A DNA stretch of 64,000 nucleotides from an archaeon (GTDB taxonomy: Archaea > Asgardarchaeota > Thorarchaeia > Thorarchaeales > Thorarchaeaceae), in contig JAJRWI010000010.1 of the NCBI GenBank assembly GCA_024276825.1, forward strand, positions 128,001 to 192,000, written 5' to 3'. The position numbers and the translations under genes were made by a program. Each line of letters starts with the position of its first letter. Position 1 is the stretch's first letter. The notes beneath the pieces are model-generated. The model was not told where the DNA came from. It worked only from the letters and a program-made list of their open reading frames with translations, and did no database searches. Shown piece by piece: positions 29,628 through 39,331 of this stretch.

Positions 29628-30194
29628 ATGGACCTATTCCCACTACGAAAGAACACAGCAGCACTAGTGATACTAGCAATGTTAGCAGCACTTGGGATTC
29701 TCGTAAGATCATTCATTTCCATTCCCGTGGTACCAGGCCTTGTAGAACTGACTCCAGGATTCTTGTTCTCAATTCTTGGTGGCGTGATTGGAGGCGTGCC
29801 AGGGGGCGTGTTTGTCGGCGCCATCACGGGTCTTGGTGGAGCCCTGGCTGGAAATGAACCACCACTCTTACCAATGATTGGAAACATATTCCTTGGAGTC
29901 GGCGGGGGATATGCAATACATCTTGTCAAGGACCGCGACGGTTTCAAATATGCAACCATGGTAATTCTGGGGAGCGGCATAATAGGAGGATTCATTCCAT
30001 CGGCCACAATATTCGCATCACTCACAGACTCATGGGAAGTGATTGTGGGTACCGCCGCAATCGATATGTTTCAGGGCTTCCTTTGGGGGTTCATAGCATT
30101 GATTTTGGAAAAGTGGGTGATCAGACCAGTTGTGGGTCATTACATTTATCGTCCCAGAGACGGTTCATTTGACGAACTGGAAGAAGGAAAATAG
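29628..30194 (+). CDS. ECF S-component-like membrane protein
   Basis: LAMLAALGILVR..ISIP, Gly-rich TM helices. Confidence 0.6.
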   Translation: MDLFPLRKNTAALVILAMLAALGILVRSFISIPVVPGLVELTPGFLFSILGGVIGGVPGGVFVGAITGLGGALAGNEPPLLPMIGNIFLGVGGGYAIHLVKDRDGFKYATMVILGSGIIGGFIPSATIFASLTDSWEVIVGTAAIDMFQGFLWGFIALILEKWVIRPVVGHYIYRPRDGSFDELEEGK

Positions 30195-30195
30195 A

Positions 30196-30846
30196 ATGGT
30201 AGACAAGAAAGTTGTAATTGACATCAAAAGAGATCTCTTCGGGGCCAATGAGGAGGCCGCTTCAGAGAATGCTGAGATATTCAAAAAGCATGGTATAAAG
30301 TCAGTTGATATCATGGGCTCAGTAGGGACTGGAAAGACACACCTGATTGAGGCGTTGTGTGAGCGGCTCAAAGGCAAGTACAGGATTCTTATGCTTGCTG
30401 GAGACTTGGCCACCACAATTGATGCGGACAGGGTCGCCGCACATGGTGTTGACACCTTACAGATTAACACACAGACAGCATGCCATCTGGATGCCAGAAT
30501 GATCAGGTACGCCTTGAATAATGTCGACCTCTCCAAGTATGATCTTGTCTTTATTGAGAATGTGGGAAATCTGATTTGTCCCGCAGGATACTCTCTCGGC
30601 GTTGATAAGAAGATAGTTGTTGTGAGTGTGACCGAAGGGCCATATATGATCAGAAAGCACCCATTAACAATTAAACGCGCAGATATGGTGGTCATCAATA
30701 AGATAGATCTTGCAGAGGCCCTAGAGTTTGATGTTGGTCATTTGATTGCTGATGTGAGAGAGGTGGATGCAAACATCCCTGTTGTTGCAGTCAGCTCAAA
30801 GACTGGCGAGGGACTTGATGGGTTGATCAATGTATTAGATCTCTGA
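30196..30846 (+). CDS. hypB: Hydrogenase nickel-incorporation GTPase HypB
   Basis: GSVGTGKT, ACHLDA, IENVGNLICP, TEG, NKID. Confidence 0.93.
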   Translation: MVDKKVVIDIKRDLFGANEEAASENAEIFKKHGIKSVDIMGSVGTGKTHLIEALCERLKGKYRILMLAGDLATTIDADRVAAHGVDTLQINTQTACHLDARMIRYALNNVDLSKYDLVFIENVGNLICPAGYSLGVDKKIVVVSVTEGPYMIRKHPLTIKRADMVVINKIDLAEALEFDVGHLIADVREVDANIPVVAVSSKTGEGLDGLINVLDL

Positions 30847-30937
30847 ATATTAATCAATAACTGGACCATAATAGTCGTACTTTAGTTCAACAAAGCTATA
30901 AAATAGAGGAAGGGACATACTTGATTGAGAGATTGTA

Positions 30938-31990
30938 ATGAATAGGAAGACTGGGCTGATTATTGGAACCATTCTTGTCCTGGGCATTATAGTCGGTCTT
31001 AGAATGGTGAGCTTTGAGAATGTTGGAACCATAACTGTTGGCGGACTTCAAAGAACATATCGAGTCTATGTTCCGGATTCACTTGATGAGAGCAGAGCTG
31101 CACCACTTATTATCGCGCTTCATGGTGGAGGAGGCTCTGGTAGGGGAATGATTGATCTAACACAGGGGGGCTTCAACACACTGGCTGATGAGAGCGGGTT
31201 CGTGGTTGTTTATCCAGATGCTGCTGAGAAAAACTGGAATGATGGCAGAGGCATAGAGAGGTATCGCTCTCAGAGAGAGAATATTGATGATGTCGGGTTT
31301 ATTTCCGCACTTATTGATAAGTTGGCGGACCAATTGAACATTGACCTGAATCGTGTATATGTAATTGGGATGTCGAATGGAGCAATAATGAGTTTTCGTC
31401 TTGCATGCGAACTCTCAGACAAGATTGCTGCAATCGCCCCCGTATGCGGCTCCATGCCAGAGAACTTCTCGGCAGTGTACACCGCTCAAAGGACAATGCC
31501 AGTCATGATGATCAATGGGATTGACGATCCTTTGGTTCCTTAGGAAGGTGGTAATATCACCTTTGGAGATTTGGATTTGGGGCGTGTCATATCAGTTCAT
31601 AATGCAATTGACTATTGGGTACAGATCAATAACTGCTCAAGTGAACCGATAGTAACATGGGAGCCTGATAGAGATCCCAATGATGGCACACGAGTTTACA
31701 AAGAAATGTACTGCAATGGTACTAATGGAGCCGAAGTCGTCCTTTATGCAGTTGAGGGAGGGGGTCATACTTGGCCCAGCGGAAAGCAATACCTCCCTGA
31801 AAATGTAATTGGCAAGACATGTTATGATATTGATGCGAACAAGTTGATATGGAGTTTCTTTAGTAGTTATTCGTTAGCCAGCACAGGTGAAACCAGACCA
31901 TCCCAACCAAATTTGAGAGCTTTGACCTGTATGGATTTCTCTCCCAGAGTCACTTTTGCGTGCATTGTTGTCTTTTCCGTAAAGAGTTGA
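30938..31990 (+). pseudogene. PHB-depolymerase/LpqC-family secreted esterase interrupted by in-frame TAG at 31541-31543
   Basis: LHGGGG, GMSNG, G..DPLVP*EGG, GGGHTWP; the two ORF halves are in the same frame. Confidence 0.8.
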
Positions 31991-31997
31991 ATCATGA

Positions 31998-32684
31998 TTA
32001 GTGACCAGCAGATTGAGTGAGTATCTTGACAAGACGTTTCTTCACGCCTTCAATATGGCCTGCACCCAAAACTGCAACAATTGGCCCATCAACATCATTG
32101 AGAATTGAAAACAGCGCATTAGCAATATACTGGTCTCGCTGATGAATCAATGCATCATATATTGCAGGGAACTCTCGTTCAAACTCTTCAAGCATCGAGT
32201 CAACAGTTTTGCCATCTCTGAGGTTTGCTATGAATCCCTGTGGCGAGTCCTGCAAGACTTCTGTGGCCTCGTCAAACATCCCCATAAATCGATATAATTC
32301 ATCAAGGGGGACTCTCATGAGTGAGGCAGAGGTGTCTTGAATTGGTCGATCAATAAGGGCAATCTTCGCGCCAATGTCACGTCCAGCCTCTATGGCTGCC
32401 AACATTTCAGCACCTGCCTGAGAACCAGTCATATCACCCAGTTGCTGTTCAAGCATCGCAATCTGAGTCATGAAATCAAGAGCGACATTACCACTGCTCT
32501 GTGGTGTTTCAACATGTGTGCCGTCTTGAGAGACCAGTTGCTGGTAGCGCTCGTGGTCTAATTCAACTGCAACAACATCGGGTTTGATTTCCTGAATCTT
32601 CTGCTTTACCCGGTTTACACTTTCTTCATCAACATGGATGACAGAAACAAAAACGACCCGGTCTAAATCATTTGAGTTCAACAT
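31998..32684 (-). CDS. TraB-domain protein
   Basis: PDVVAVELD, GAEM, IDRPI, RDQYIA, VLGAGHIEG. Confidence 0.88.
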   Translation of the reverse strand: MLNSNDLDRVVFVSVIHVDEESVNRVKQKIQEIKPDVVAVELDHERYQQLVSQDGTHVETPQSSGNVALDFMTQIAMLEQQLGDMTGSQAGAEMLAAIEAGRDIGAKIALIDRPIQDTSASLMRVPLDELYRFMGMFDEATEVLQDSPQGFIANLRDGKTVDSMLEEFEREFPAIYDALIHQRDQYIANALFSILNDVDGPIVAVLGAGHIEGVKKRLVKILTQSAGH

Positions 32685-32773
32685 GCTCAGTTAGACTTTG
32701 GGAGTTTCCAATTTTTGTCTTTCCATATGCATTGAGAGTTAATAGTAATACACAAAGAGTCAGGGAGGTTCTG

Positions 32774-33199
32774 TCATTTGACAAGAAGATGCTCATAGCC
32801 CAAGTCTTTCAGTACTTGGACATATACGGGATAAAGAGGCTTTATTTTTCCAATAAGACCAAGAACTTTTCTAATCGAGCCGTTCATCTTTATCTCGCCT
32901 TTTGCCATAGCGGTTGATGTCTTTAGCTTGCCTTGCCAAAACTTGTTTGTCACATCAGATTTGCTCCATACAGTAATGTCGGGCTCTGGTCCCAATCCAT
33001 AGATTAGAACTCCTCGTTTGCCATCAGGCCCAGGATTCTTGAGATCAATTGTTAGTTCCAAATCAGGCTGTTCGATAATGAATTTGGCTATAATTTCAGA
33101 CTTGCAGAGCTTTTCGTAAACATCTTTCATAGCAATGGCGCGAGACCAAAACGCATCAAAGACCTGTATCAATTGTTCTTTACTCTCGAAAAATACCAT
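32774..33199 (-). CDS. SCP2 sterol/lipid-carrier domain protein
   Basis: PDITV, FWQGKL...AMAKGEIKMNGS. Confidence 0.8.
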   Translation of the reverse strand: MVFFESKEQLIQVFDAFWSRAIAMKDVYEKLCKSEIIAKFIIEQPDLELTIDLKNPGPDGKRGVLIYGLGPEPDITVWSKSDVTNKFWQGKLKTSTAMAKGEIKMNGSIRKVLGLIGKIKPLYPVYVQVLKDLGYEHLLVK

Positions 33200-33263
33200 T
33201 TACTTATCACCACAAGGTTGACTGAACGTTACAATCTCAGGTAGGGTTGGTGATTCCCTCATT

Positions 33264-34844
33264 TCATTCATCACCTTGAGCGGTAATATAATGGCTTGAG
33301 TCAGACACACCATTAGGATCAAAGGCCGCCTTAATTCTTCTTAGCCAACGAGGATAATTCATCGTTCTTTGACCAAAAATGTCATGGATCTTGTCACCAA
33401 CAATGAAAAAAGGCATGCCAAGAGCCCTTTCAAGATCAACCCTATTGCATTCATTCTGATATTCTGCATACCCCATACATGATTCTTTGTCTGCAGCATT
33501 ATACACCGTGGGCACTTCTAAGTGGGCCATATGATTTCCCTCATAGGTTGTGATCCAGATTCCCTCTCCACGATCATCACCAATGACACCCTTGTCAATG
33601 TACTTCTCTTTAACGGGCCGGTTTTCTTGAGCTATCCGAACAGCTAAGGAGATGCAATCCATTCCTCCATGAGTGCTTTGAAAGCAATTAGAGAATCTAA
33701 ACGCGTGCCCTCCAAGCATGTTTCGAATTGATTCTGCATAATGTGAGGGTCTTGGCGATATGTCCCCTGTTTCAATGAGGTCCTCCCCATCGTATTTCTC
33801 AATAATATGGCGGACCAGCTTATCACGATACTTGAACTCGCGCTCGGAGTGAGCAGCCACAAGTACAATGAAATACCGTTTTGCCTTTGCAAGAAGACCC
33901 GCGAAAATCACCTCTATTGCTTCCATCTTTGTGTCAGTGAATAGTGCTGCTAATCCCTCGGCGGATGAACTTGTTGCCATCATAACAGCATCTTGCCCAG
34001 TAAGTTCGTATAGTGCGTTTTCAAACTGTTCCCATTCTTCAAAGTTCGGAACATATAATTTCCAAAATGGGGGCACTTTCCAGTCATAATGTGGGATGGT
34101 CCCACTGATTTCCCATTTCCAATCGGACGGAGCAGGGAAGGAATAGAGCTTTATTGCAGCCTTTGTAAAAACGCCAAGCCCACCATATGCCCCAAGCCAG
34201 CCCCGCATGATTCCACGCAGACTGAAGCCTGGACCATCGCCAGAAAACCATTGCCCTGTCTGATCAAATGATCCAATTCGGAGAATATCGCCATTGGGAA
34301 CCACCCACTCAGCTCCTAGTAGATTACGGTCACTATGTCCTGTGTAGGGAGATGTAAATCCGGGCCCTGCGAAAGAGGTATGGCTTGCCAATGGAGAAGT
34401 CTGGGGTCCGGCCCCCTGTGCATGATGCATTAGTCCATATTTCAATAGTTCAGCCTGCAATTCTGCATTTGTGACATAGGGCTCTATTACAGCATACATG
34501 TTCTTGGCATTAATCTCAATAATTCGATTCATTCGGCGAAGGTCAATCAGGATTGATCTTGGTGATGAGATTCCAGCCCAAGCACCCATACCTGTGCTTA
34601 TTGCTTTGAACTTCACATTATGCTCATTGCAAATCCGTACGATTGCCTGTACTTCTTCGGTAGAAGCAGGAAGAACAACAGCTGCTGGTCGTTGACCGAA
34701 CCGTGATGGCTCCTCCCCGCGCTGCGCACTCTCAATCTCAAAGCCCCACTGGAAGGCATATGATTCAAGGATAGCGGGAGAACGTGTGATATTGCTATGG
34801 CCTACAATCGCCTCAAGGGCCCAGTATACATTGTCCTCAAGCAT
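33264..34844 (-). CDS. FAD-binding oxidoreductase (VAO/PCMH/GlcD family)
   Basis: PAAVVLPASTEEVQAIVR, IDLRRMNRI, VIEP, GGLGVFTK, IKAAFDPNG. Confidence 0.88.
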   Translation of the reverse strand: MLEDNVYWALEAIVGHSNITRSPAILESYAFQWGFEIESAQRGEEPSRFGQRPAAVVLPASTEEVQAIVRICNEHNVKFKAISTGMGAWAGISSPRSILIDLRRMNRIIEINAKNMYAVIEPYVTNAELQAELLKYGLMHHAQGAGPQTSPLASHTSFAGPGFTSPYTGHSDRNLLGAEWVVPNGDILRIGSFDQTGQWFSGDGPGFSLRGIMRGWLGAYGGLGVFTKAAIKLYSFPAPSDWKWEISGTIPHYDWKVPPFWKLYVPNFEEWEQFENALYELTGQDAVMMATSSSAEGLAALFTDTKMEAIEVIFAGLLAKAKRYFIVLVAAHSEREFKYRDKLVRHIIEKYDGEDLIETGDISPRPSHYAESIRNMLGGHAFRFSNCFQSTHGGMDCISLAVRIAQENRPVKEKYIDKGVIGDDRGEGIWITTYEGNHMAHLEVPTVYNAADKESCMGYAEYQNECNRVDLERALGMPFFIVGDKIHDIFGQRTMNYPRWLRRIKAAFDPNGVSDSSHYITAQGDE

Positions 34845-36119
34845 CTATTCAACCCCCTCCAAGCTGTTCAATACAACCTCGGTCAAGTCCATGTATCGCA
34901 TTTTCGACTCCCTAGATCTTATTGCATCCTGAAGGTTGGTGGAGCAAAATGGACATGTAGACACAAGTACGTCTGCGCCAGTGCTCTCGGCTTCAGCAAC
35001 TCGTTCGCATGCGGCCCAGAGAGCAAATTCTGGAAATGCAGACTTCACACCACCGCCAGCACCGCAGCAATAGGCATATTCTCTAATTCGTTCCATCTCA
35101 ACTAGCTTGACACCAGGAATCTTTTGTAGAATATTTCTGGATGCGTCATATTCACCATCAGCACCCTGCCTTACAGGCTTTGGGGGGTCCCAGATGAAGA
35201 CTTGTGATATCACCTCAATCTTCTCACCATCATATGGCTTGTGGGGCTCTGACATTCGTCCCAGATGACAGGGATCATGATATGTCACGGAAACATGGAA
35301 GTCTTTGTTGAACTTGAGTTTACCATCATCAATGAGCTCATCTAAGACCTGCGAGATATGGAAGACCTCAAGGTCATGTTCAACATATCGAGGATATTCG
35401 GTCTTGAACATATTATAGCATCCAGCACAACTAGTGATGATTCGTTTGATTCCCTTTTTCTTGAAATCCGTGATGTTTTTCTTCATGATTTCAACTGCTC
35501 GGTCTAAGTCACCAACCCTATAGACCGGACTTCCGCAACACGTTTCATCGGTTCCCAGAACTCGAAAATTCACACCTGCAGCGCTTAAAACAAGAGCAGT
35601 TGCCCTTGCAATCTCCGGGCGTCTGTATGCTGTAGTGCACCCAACGAAATATACCGTGTTAGAATCAGGACTTGTATTAAGTTCAAGTCCATTAGACCAA
35701 ATGGACCGATTATCAGTTGCTTCGCCATAGGGATTGCCAACTCTGCTAACAAGTTCTATGTATTTCTGATGTTTTGGAAGAGGTCCAAGACCACATTCTA
35801 CTGCTTTGACACGAAACTCATGTATCACTTCGTTTGGCTCAAGGTCATACACCCACTTGCATGATACTTCACAGCCCCCACAATTTGTACAGGCATAGAG
35901 AACATGCAACGCATCCGGGCCTAGTTCTATGCGTCCCTTGAGGTACGCATTAGCCAGAATCATACGACCGCCCCCAGAATAAGCATGAAAATTAAAGAAC
36001 TCAATTGAGGGGCAGATATGAGAGAAGCGTTTACTCCTAATTGCAATCTGAGGAATGAATTTGCATTTTGAGCATCGGACACAACTGTCCATCATTTCTT
36101 CCATTTCTTGTAGAGTCAT
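34845..36119 (-). CDS. Fe-S protein with ferredoxin and CCG domains (GlcF/HdrD-like)
   Basis: CVRCSKC, CTNCGGCEVSC, CCG, HDPCH, CCGAGGG, CPFC. Confidence 0.9.
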   Translation of the reverse strand: MTLQEMEEMMDSCVRCSKCKFIPQIAIRSKRFSHICPSIEFFNFHAYSGGGRMILANAYLKGRIELGPDALHVLYACTNCGGCEVSCKWVYDLEPNEVIHEFRVKAVECGLGPLPKHQKYIELVSRVGNPYGEATDNRSIWSNGLELNTSPDSNTVYFVGCTTAYRRPEIARATALVLSAAGVNFRVLGTDETCCGSPVYRVGDLDRAVEIMKKNITDFKKKGIKRIITSCAGCYNMFKTEYPRYVEHDLEVFHISQVLDELIDDGKLKFNKDFHVSVTYHDPCHLGRMSEPHKPYDGEKIEVISQVFIWDPPKPVRQGADGEYDASRNILQKIPGVKLVEMERIREYAYCCGAGGGVKSAFPEFALWAACERVAEAESTGADVLVSTCPFCSTNLQDAIRSRESKMRYMDLTEVVLNSLEGVE

Positions 36120-37579
36120 TGATTCCCCCTCCCAAAACAGAGATATCCAGGATTCAGAATATTGTTGGGATCAAATATGCTCTTAACCTTGTAGTAGGAC
36201 TCCACCATTGACTTTGATGCTTTTTCAAAGACCATGTCTGATATTGCGCCGTAAGGCCGACTGAAGAATGCACCCAAGTCCAAGAGAAGTCTTGAGGCTG
36301 TTACTATGAAACGCTCTGTAGTTCTGACTTCTCTCTGATCTGAGGAATCATAGTAGATGTCAAATTCGCAGTGGGTATTAACACCCTGCACTATGGGCTG
36401 CAAATACACGCCTAGGTTATCAGTACTAGTTCCATATTCACTTGCACATTTTTCGACTTTTGAAACATGAAACGGAGTCTGGTCCAATGTTGTAATGAAA
36501 AAGATCTTTTTGGATACCACAATCGACTGTGAATTTCTGTCATTTTTGAGTGAAGAGTGTGTCAGAAGATGTTTCATTTTTTCGCCATGTATCTTGCCAA
36601 GAGCTGGTGCGAGTTCAATGCCATGCTTCTCTGCAAGTTCAAATGTTTCATCTCGCTTGTATTCGAACTCATCGAGAGGAATAGGACCAGTCCCAGACAC
36701 GCCAGCAATCAGAATCCATTTTGGCAAGGAACTGCGAACTGTTTCACATCCATATGCATTTGACTCTACAATGTGTGACAGGTAAACATCATTCATGAGG
36801 AGGTGCTCATCTAAAAGCCGCCGACGAAGAATACTGTATGAGAATTCAATCAGTGGATCGATTGTGTCGGAGCCTGCCATGTAAACTTCATGATATGTGG
36901 GAAGAGATTCACATTTGATAGTGCCCCAAGTGACTATTCCAATTGTGCCTTGAGAGCCCTGAATCAGCCGATACGGATCAAACTGAGATGGGCCCATTGG
37001 GTTCTTCTGTGCCTGTCCAGATGACCATTGCTCCTCCAGAGAGCCAGGACCTGCCGCAGAACCTGTTCTGAACAAATCACCAGATCCAAAGACGACCTCT
37101 GTGCATAATAGCGGATCAGACGAGTCCCAATGAAATCGTGGAATAGTGATAGGCACTCTATCCAAATATGCTGCAAGAACAGACTTTCCAGCACGCGGAA
37201 GAAGTGGCAAGAGGAGGCGCAGACCAGCAGATTCGAGCTTGGGAATAAGCAGTTCAAAAGTCACTCCGGGCTCTATCATAGCAACCCTGTTCTTCACATC
37301 AATGCGAAGAATGCGATTCATTTTGGAGAGATCCATGATTATATACTCATGGCCTTTAATTCCTCGACTTGAGTGGTGAGGAAACCCTGAACTGATAGTA
37401 TGAATTCGAAAGGACTTCTTGTTCGCAAGCTTGATTATCTGCTGAATCTCATGCGATGAGGAGGGGTGTATGACACATGATGGCAATTCCATACCATGAG
37501 GAAATGTAAGATTGATTGTGCGAGAGAACGCATCATCTCCCACAATTTCCTTGAGACGATTCAGAATGTCCGAGTTCAT
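36116..37579 (-). CDS. Second FAD-binding oxidoreductase (VAO/PCMH family)
   Basis: MDLSKMNRI, IEPGVT, GSQGTIGIVT, FDPNNILNPG. Confidence 0.85.
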   Translation of the reverse strand: MNSDILNRLKEIVGDDAFSRTINLTFPHGMELPSCVIHPSSSHEIQQIIKLANKKSFRIHTISSGFPHHSSRGIKGHEYIIMDLSKMNRILRIDVKNRVAMIEPGVTFELLIPKLESAGLRLLLPLLPRAGKSVLAAYLDRVPITIPRFHWDSSDPLLCTEVVFGSGDLFRTGSAAGPGSLEEQWSSGQAQKNPMGPSQFDPYRLIQGSQGTIGIVTWGTIKCESLPTYHEVYMAGSDTIDPLIEFSYSILRRRLLDEHLLMNDVYLSHIVESNAYGCETVRSSLPKWILIAGVSGTGPIPLDEFEYKRDETFELAEKHGIELAPALGKIHGEKMKHLLTHSSLKNDRNSQSIVVSKKIFFITTLDQTPFHVSKVEKCASEYGTSTDNLGVYLQPIVQGVNTHCEFDIYYDSSDQREVRTTERFIVTASRLLLDLGAFFSRPYGAISDMVFEKASKSMVESYYKVKSIFDPNNILNPGYLCFGRGNQ

Positions 37580-38125
37580 CTATTTTGCCTCTCTTTCTAT
37601 TTCTTTTAGTTCATTACGAATGCAGGCCAGTTTTGCAAGCAAGATCTTCTTTCTATGAAGTAGAAGATTCTTTCTTAATGTCTGATCAGGAGTTTCTCTA
37701 ATTGCCGAAATGATGGAGGATTCCGGGATTATGTCATCAATGCCTGACTCATAGAGGTGTTGAAGAAGAATTGTGATGAAAGTAGAAGGAAGCCGTTCAG
37801 CAGCAATTTTCATGAATCTATAGTTGAAAGTGACATAATCTCGAACTATCTCTTTCGAGTCCTGAACGAGAGCAATCCCTGAATCTGTCAATTCATAGAA
37901 GATGGTTCCTTCTACTTCTTTCCCCGTTATTAGCCCTCTTCGAACTAACGACTTCAATGCAGGATAGATTGTCCCTGTCTTTGGCATCCAGATCCCTTCA
38001 AAATCAGTATGGAGGTTGGAGAGAATCTCGTAGCCATATTTTGGCGATTCTAGCAACTGAATGAATATTAGAAGCTGAATGGGAGTTACTCTGCCGCCTG
38101 TGGGAAGAAAAGGCCTAATCTGCAA
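37580..38125 (-). CDS. PadR-family transcriptional regulator
   Basis: PKYGYEI, PKTGTIYPAL..L, YELTDSG. Confidence 0.88.
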   Translation of the reverse strand: MQIRPFLPTGGRVTPIQLLIFIQLLESPKYGYEILSNLHTDFEGIWMPKTGTIYPALKSLVRRGLITGKEVEGTIFYELTDSGIALVQDSKEIVRDYVTFNYRFMKIAAERLPSTFITILLQHLYESGIDDIIPESSIISAIRETPDQTLRKNLLLHRKKILLAKLACIRNELKEIEREAK

Positions 38126-38288
38126 GTAAATACCTCTTGTAGTCCGTCATAGTAGAATTCTATATAGTAAGAGCCAACCAAGTATTAAGTCTGATGGGAA
38201 ATGCAAGATTATAATGCAAAAAATTCTTGCTGTTGACTTGAAGAGATGAATTAGACACCGTTCATTGTAAATTGGACAAAGTTGGACA

Positions 38289-38429
38289 TTAGAGTCCTGT
38301 CCCTCCAGGAACGGCACTGGTCACGTGAATGATGTTTCTTGCCGCATTCACATCGGCATGGATATGATCGTCACATGCTGGACAATAGAAGTACTCTCCT
38401 CCCCTCTTCTCCACCTTCGAGTCAGGGTT
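38289..38429 (-). pseudogene. tnpB: TnpB C-terminal remnant
   Basis: Manual translation NPDSKVEKRGGEYFYCPACDDHIHADVNAARNIIHVTSAVPGGTGL*; not in the ORF track. Confidence 0.85.
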
Positions 38430-38758
38430 CTCAGTCCTGACCCCACATCTATGACTATTATTGACTGCGATTTGAACCTACGAATACACTCTGACACAAG
38501 ACGTTGGACCTGTCGTTGCAGGTCCCCCGCGTTCCTCTGGCGATGGCTTGAGACCCTGGCATAGACCACACATCTTCTTTCAGCTGTTGATGGTGAAACT
38601 CCCCTTGTAATAGCAAGGAGTCTGTCCAGTTCGGAGGGGGTGATCCTTCTGTGGCCGCCTGGGGTGCGAAGGCAGTGTAGTCTTCCAGCAGCGTCCCATC
38701 TTCTGATGGTCTTGGGACACACACCCAGTCTGATTGCTGCCTGCGATACCGAAAACAT
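38430..38758 (-). pseudogene. tnpA: IS607 TnpA serine recombinase, C-terminally truncated
   Basis: AAIRLGVCPKTIRRW, TPGGHRR, YARVSS..Q...DLQRQ, DVGSGL, then homology stops. Confidence 0.9.
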
Positions 38759-38847
38759 GACATTTACTGAAATACTTCTCTAATAAGTGTCCAACTTTGT
38801 CTAAGTTCTACGCATCTACGCGCTACCCAATAAGATTGAGAGAGTTT

Positions 38848-38867
38848 AGCAGTAAACGTTTACTGCT
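38848..38867. promoter_or_regulatory. Perfect 20-bp palindrome, operator candidate
   Basis: AGCAGTAAAC-GTTTACTGCT, ~105 bp upstream of the wHTH gene. Confidence 0.5.
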
Positions 38868-38971
38868 TGGCGGCATTCAGAAATTCAGAATTTGAGGGAA
38901 TAATTCAAAGGACAACATTTTTCATATACAGGTGCGTTTACTTAATCAAACGGGAACAGGGAGCGTAAGAG

Positions 38972-39331
38972 TTGAAGTCCGAACTAGACATGGCTTTTGC
39001 AAAGCTGACAAATCCAAGAATGAGTGCAGGTCTTATGATCCTGTATAGTCTATTGGAGCCACTCAAGAGCAAGCCCATCTCAGCAACTGAGGTGAAGAAC
39101 CAGATAGAAAGAATTGCTGGCAAAGACAAGACAATGTCCAAGCAATCGATAACAAATGCTGCGAGAAGACTTGAAGAGGTCAAAGTTGTAGACCGAGCAG
39201 AGGGATACTCGGTGAATTATGGATATCTGATTTCGCTTCTTCTACGGGCAGTAATTCGGCTCAATGAAACAGTCAAAGATCTTGAGGAGGAGGTTGCAAA
39301 CCTCAAACTGGCTGCAAGGAAGACAGATTAG
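38972..39331 (+). CDS. Winged-HTH protein with C-terminal coiled coil
   Basis: SKQSITNAARRLEEVKVVDR; LNETVKDLEEEVANLK. Confidence 0.7.
   Translation: MKSELDMAFAKLTNPRMSAGLMILYSLLEPLKSKPISATEVKNQIERIAGKDKTMSKQSITNAARRLEEVKVVDRAEGYSVNYGYLISLLLRAVIRLNETVKDLEEEVANLKLAARKTD

Larger units (their letters stand above)
38258..38827 (-). mobile_element. Internally deleted IS607-family element (tnpA 5' part joined to tnpB 3' part)
   Basis: GG dinucleotide at both ends, repeated TGGACA/TAGACA motifs in both ends, MerR-serine recombinase start and TnpB tail. Confidence 0.9.

Noticed and set aside
33264-37579. Selenocysteine recoding in the redox operon
   Set aside because: The ORFs are full length with no in-frame TGA at Cys positions.
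38348-38758. ORF-track 136-aa protein as an intact IS607 transposase
   Set aside because: Homology stops at DVGSGL; the remainder is out-of-frame tnpB tail.
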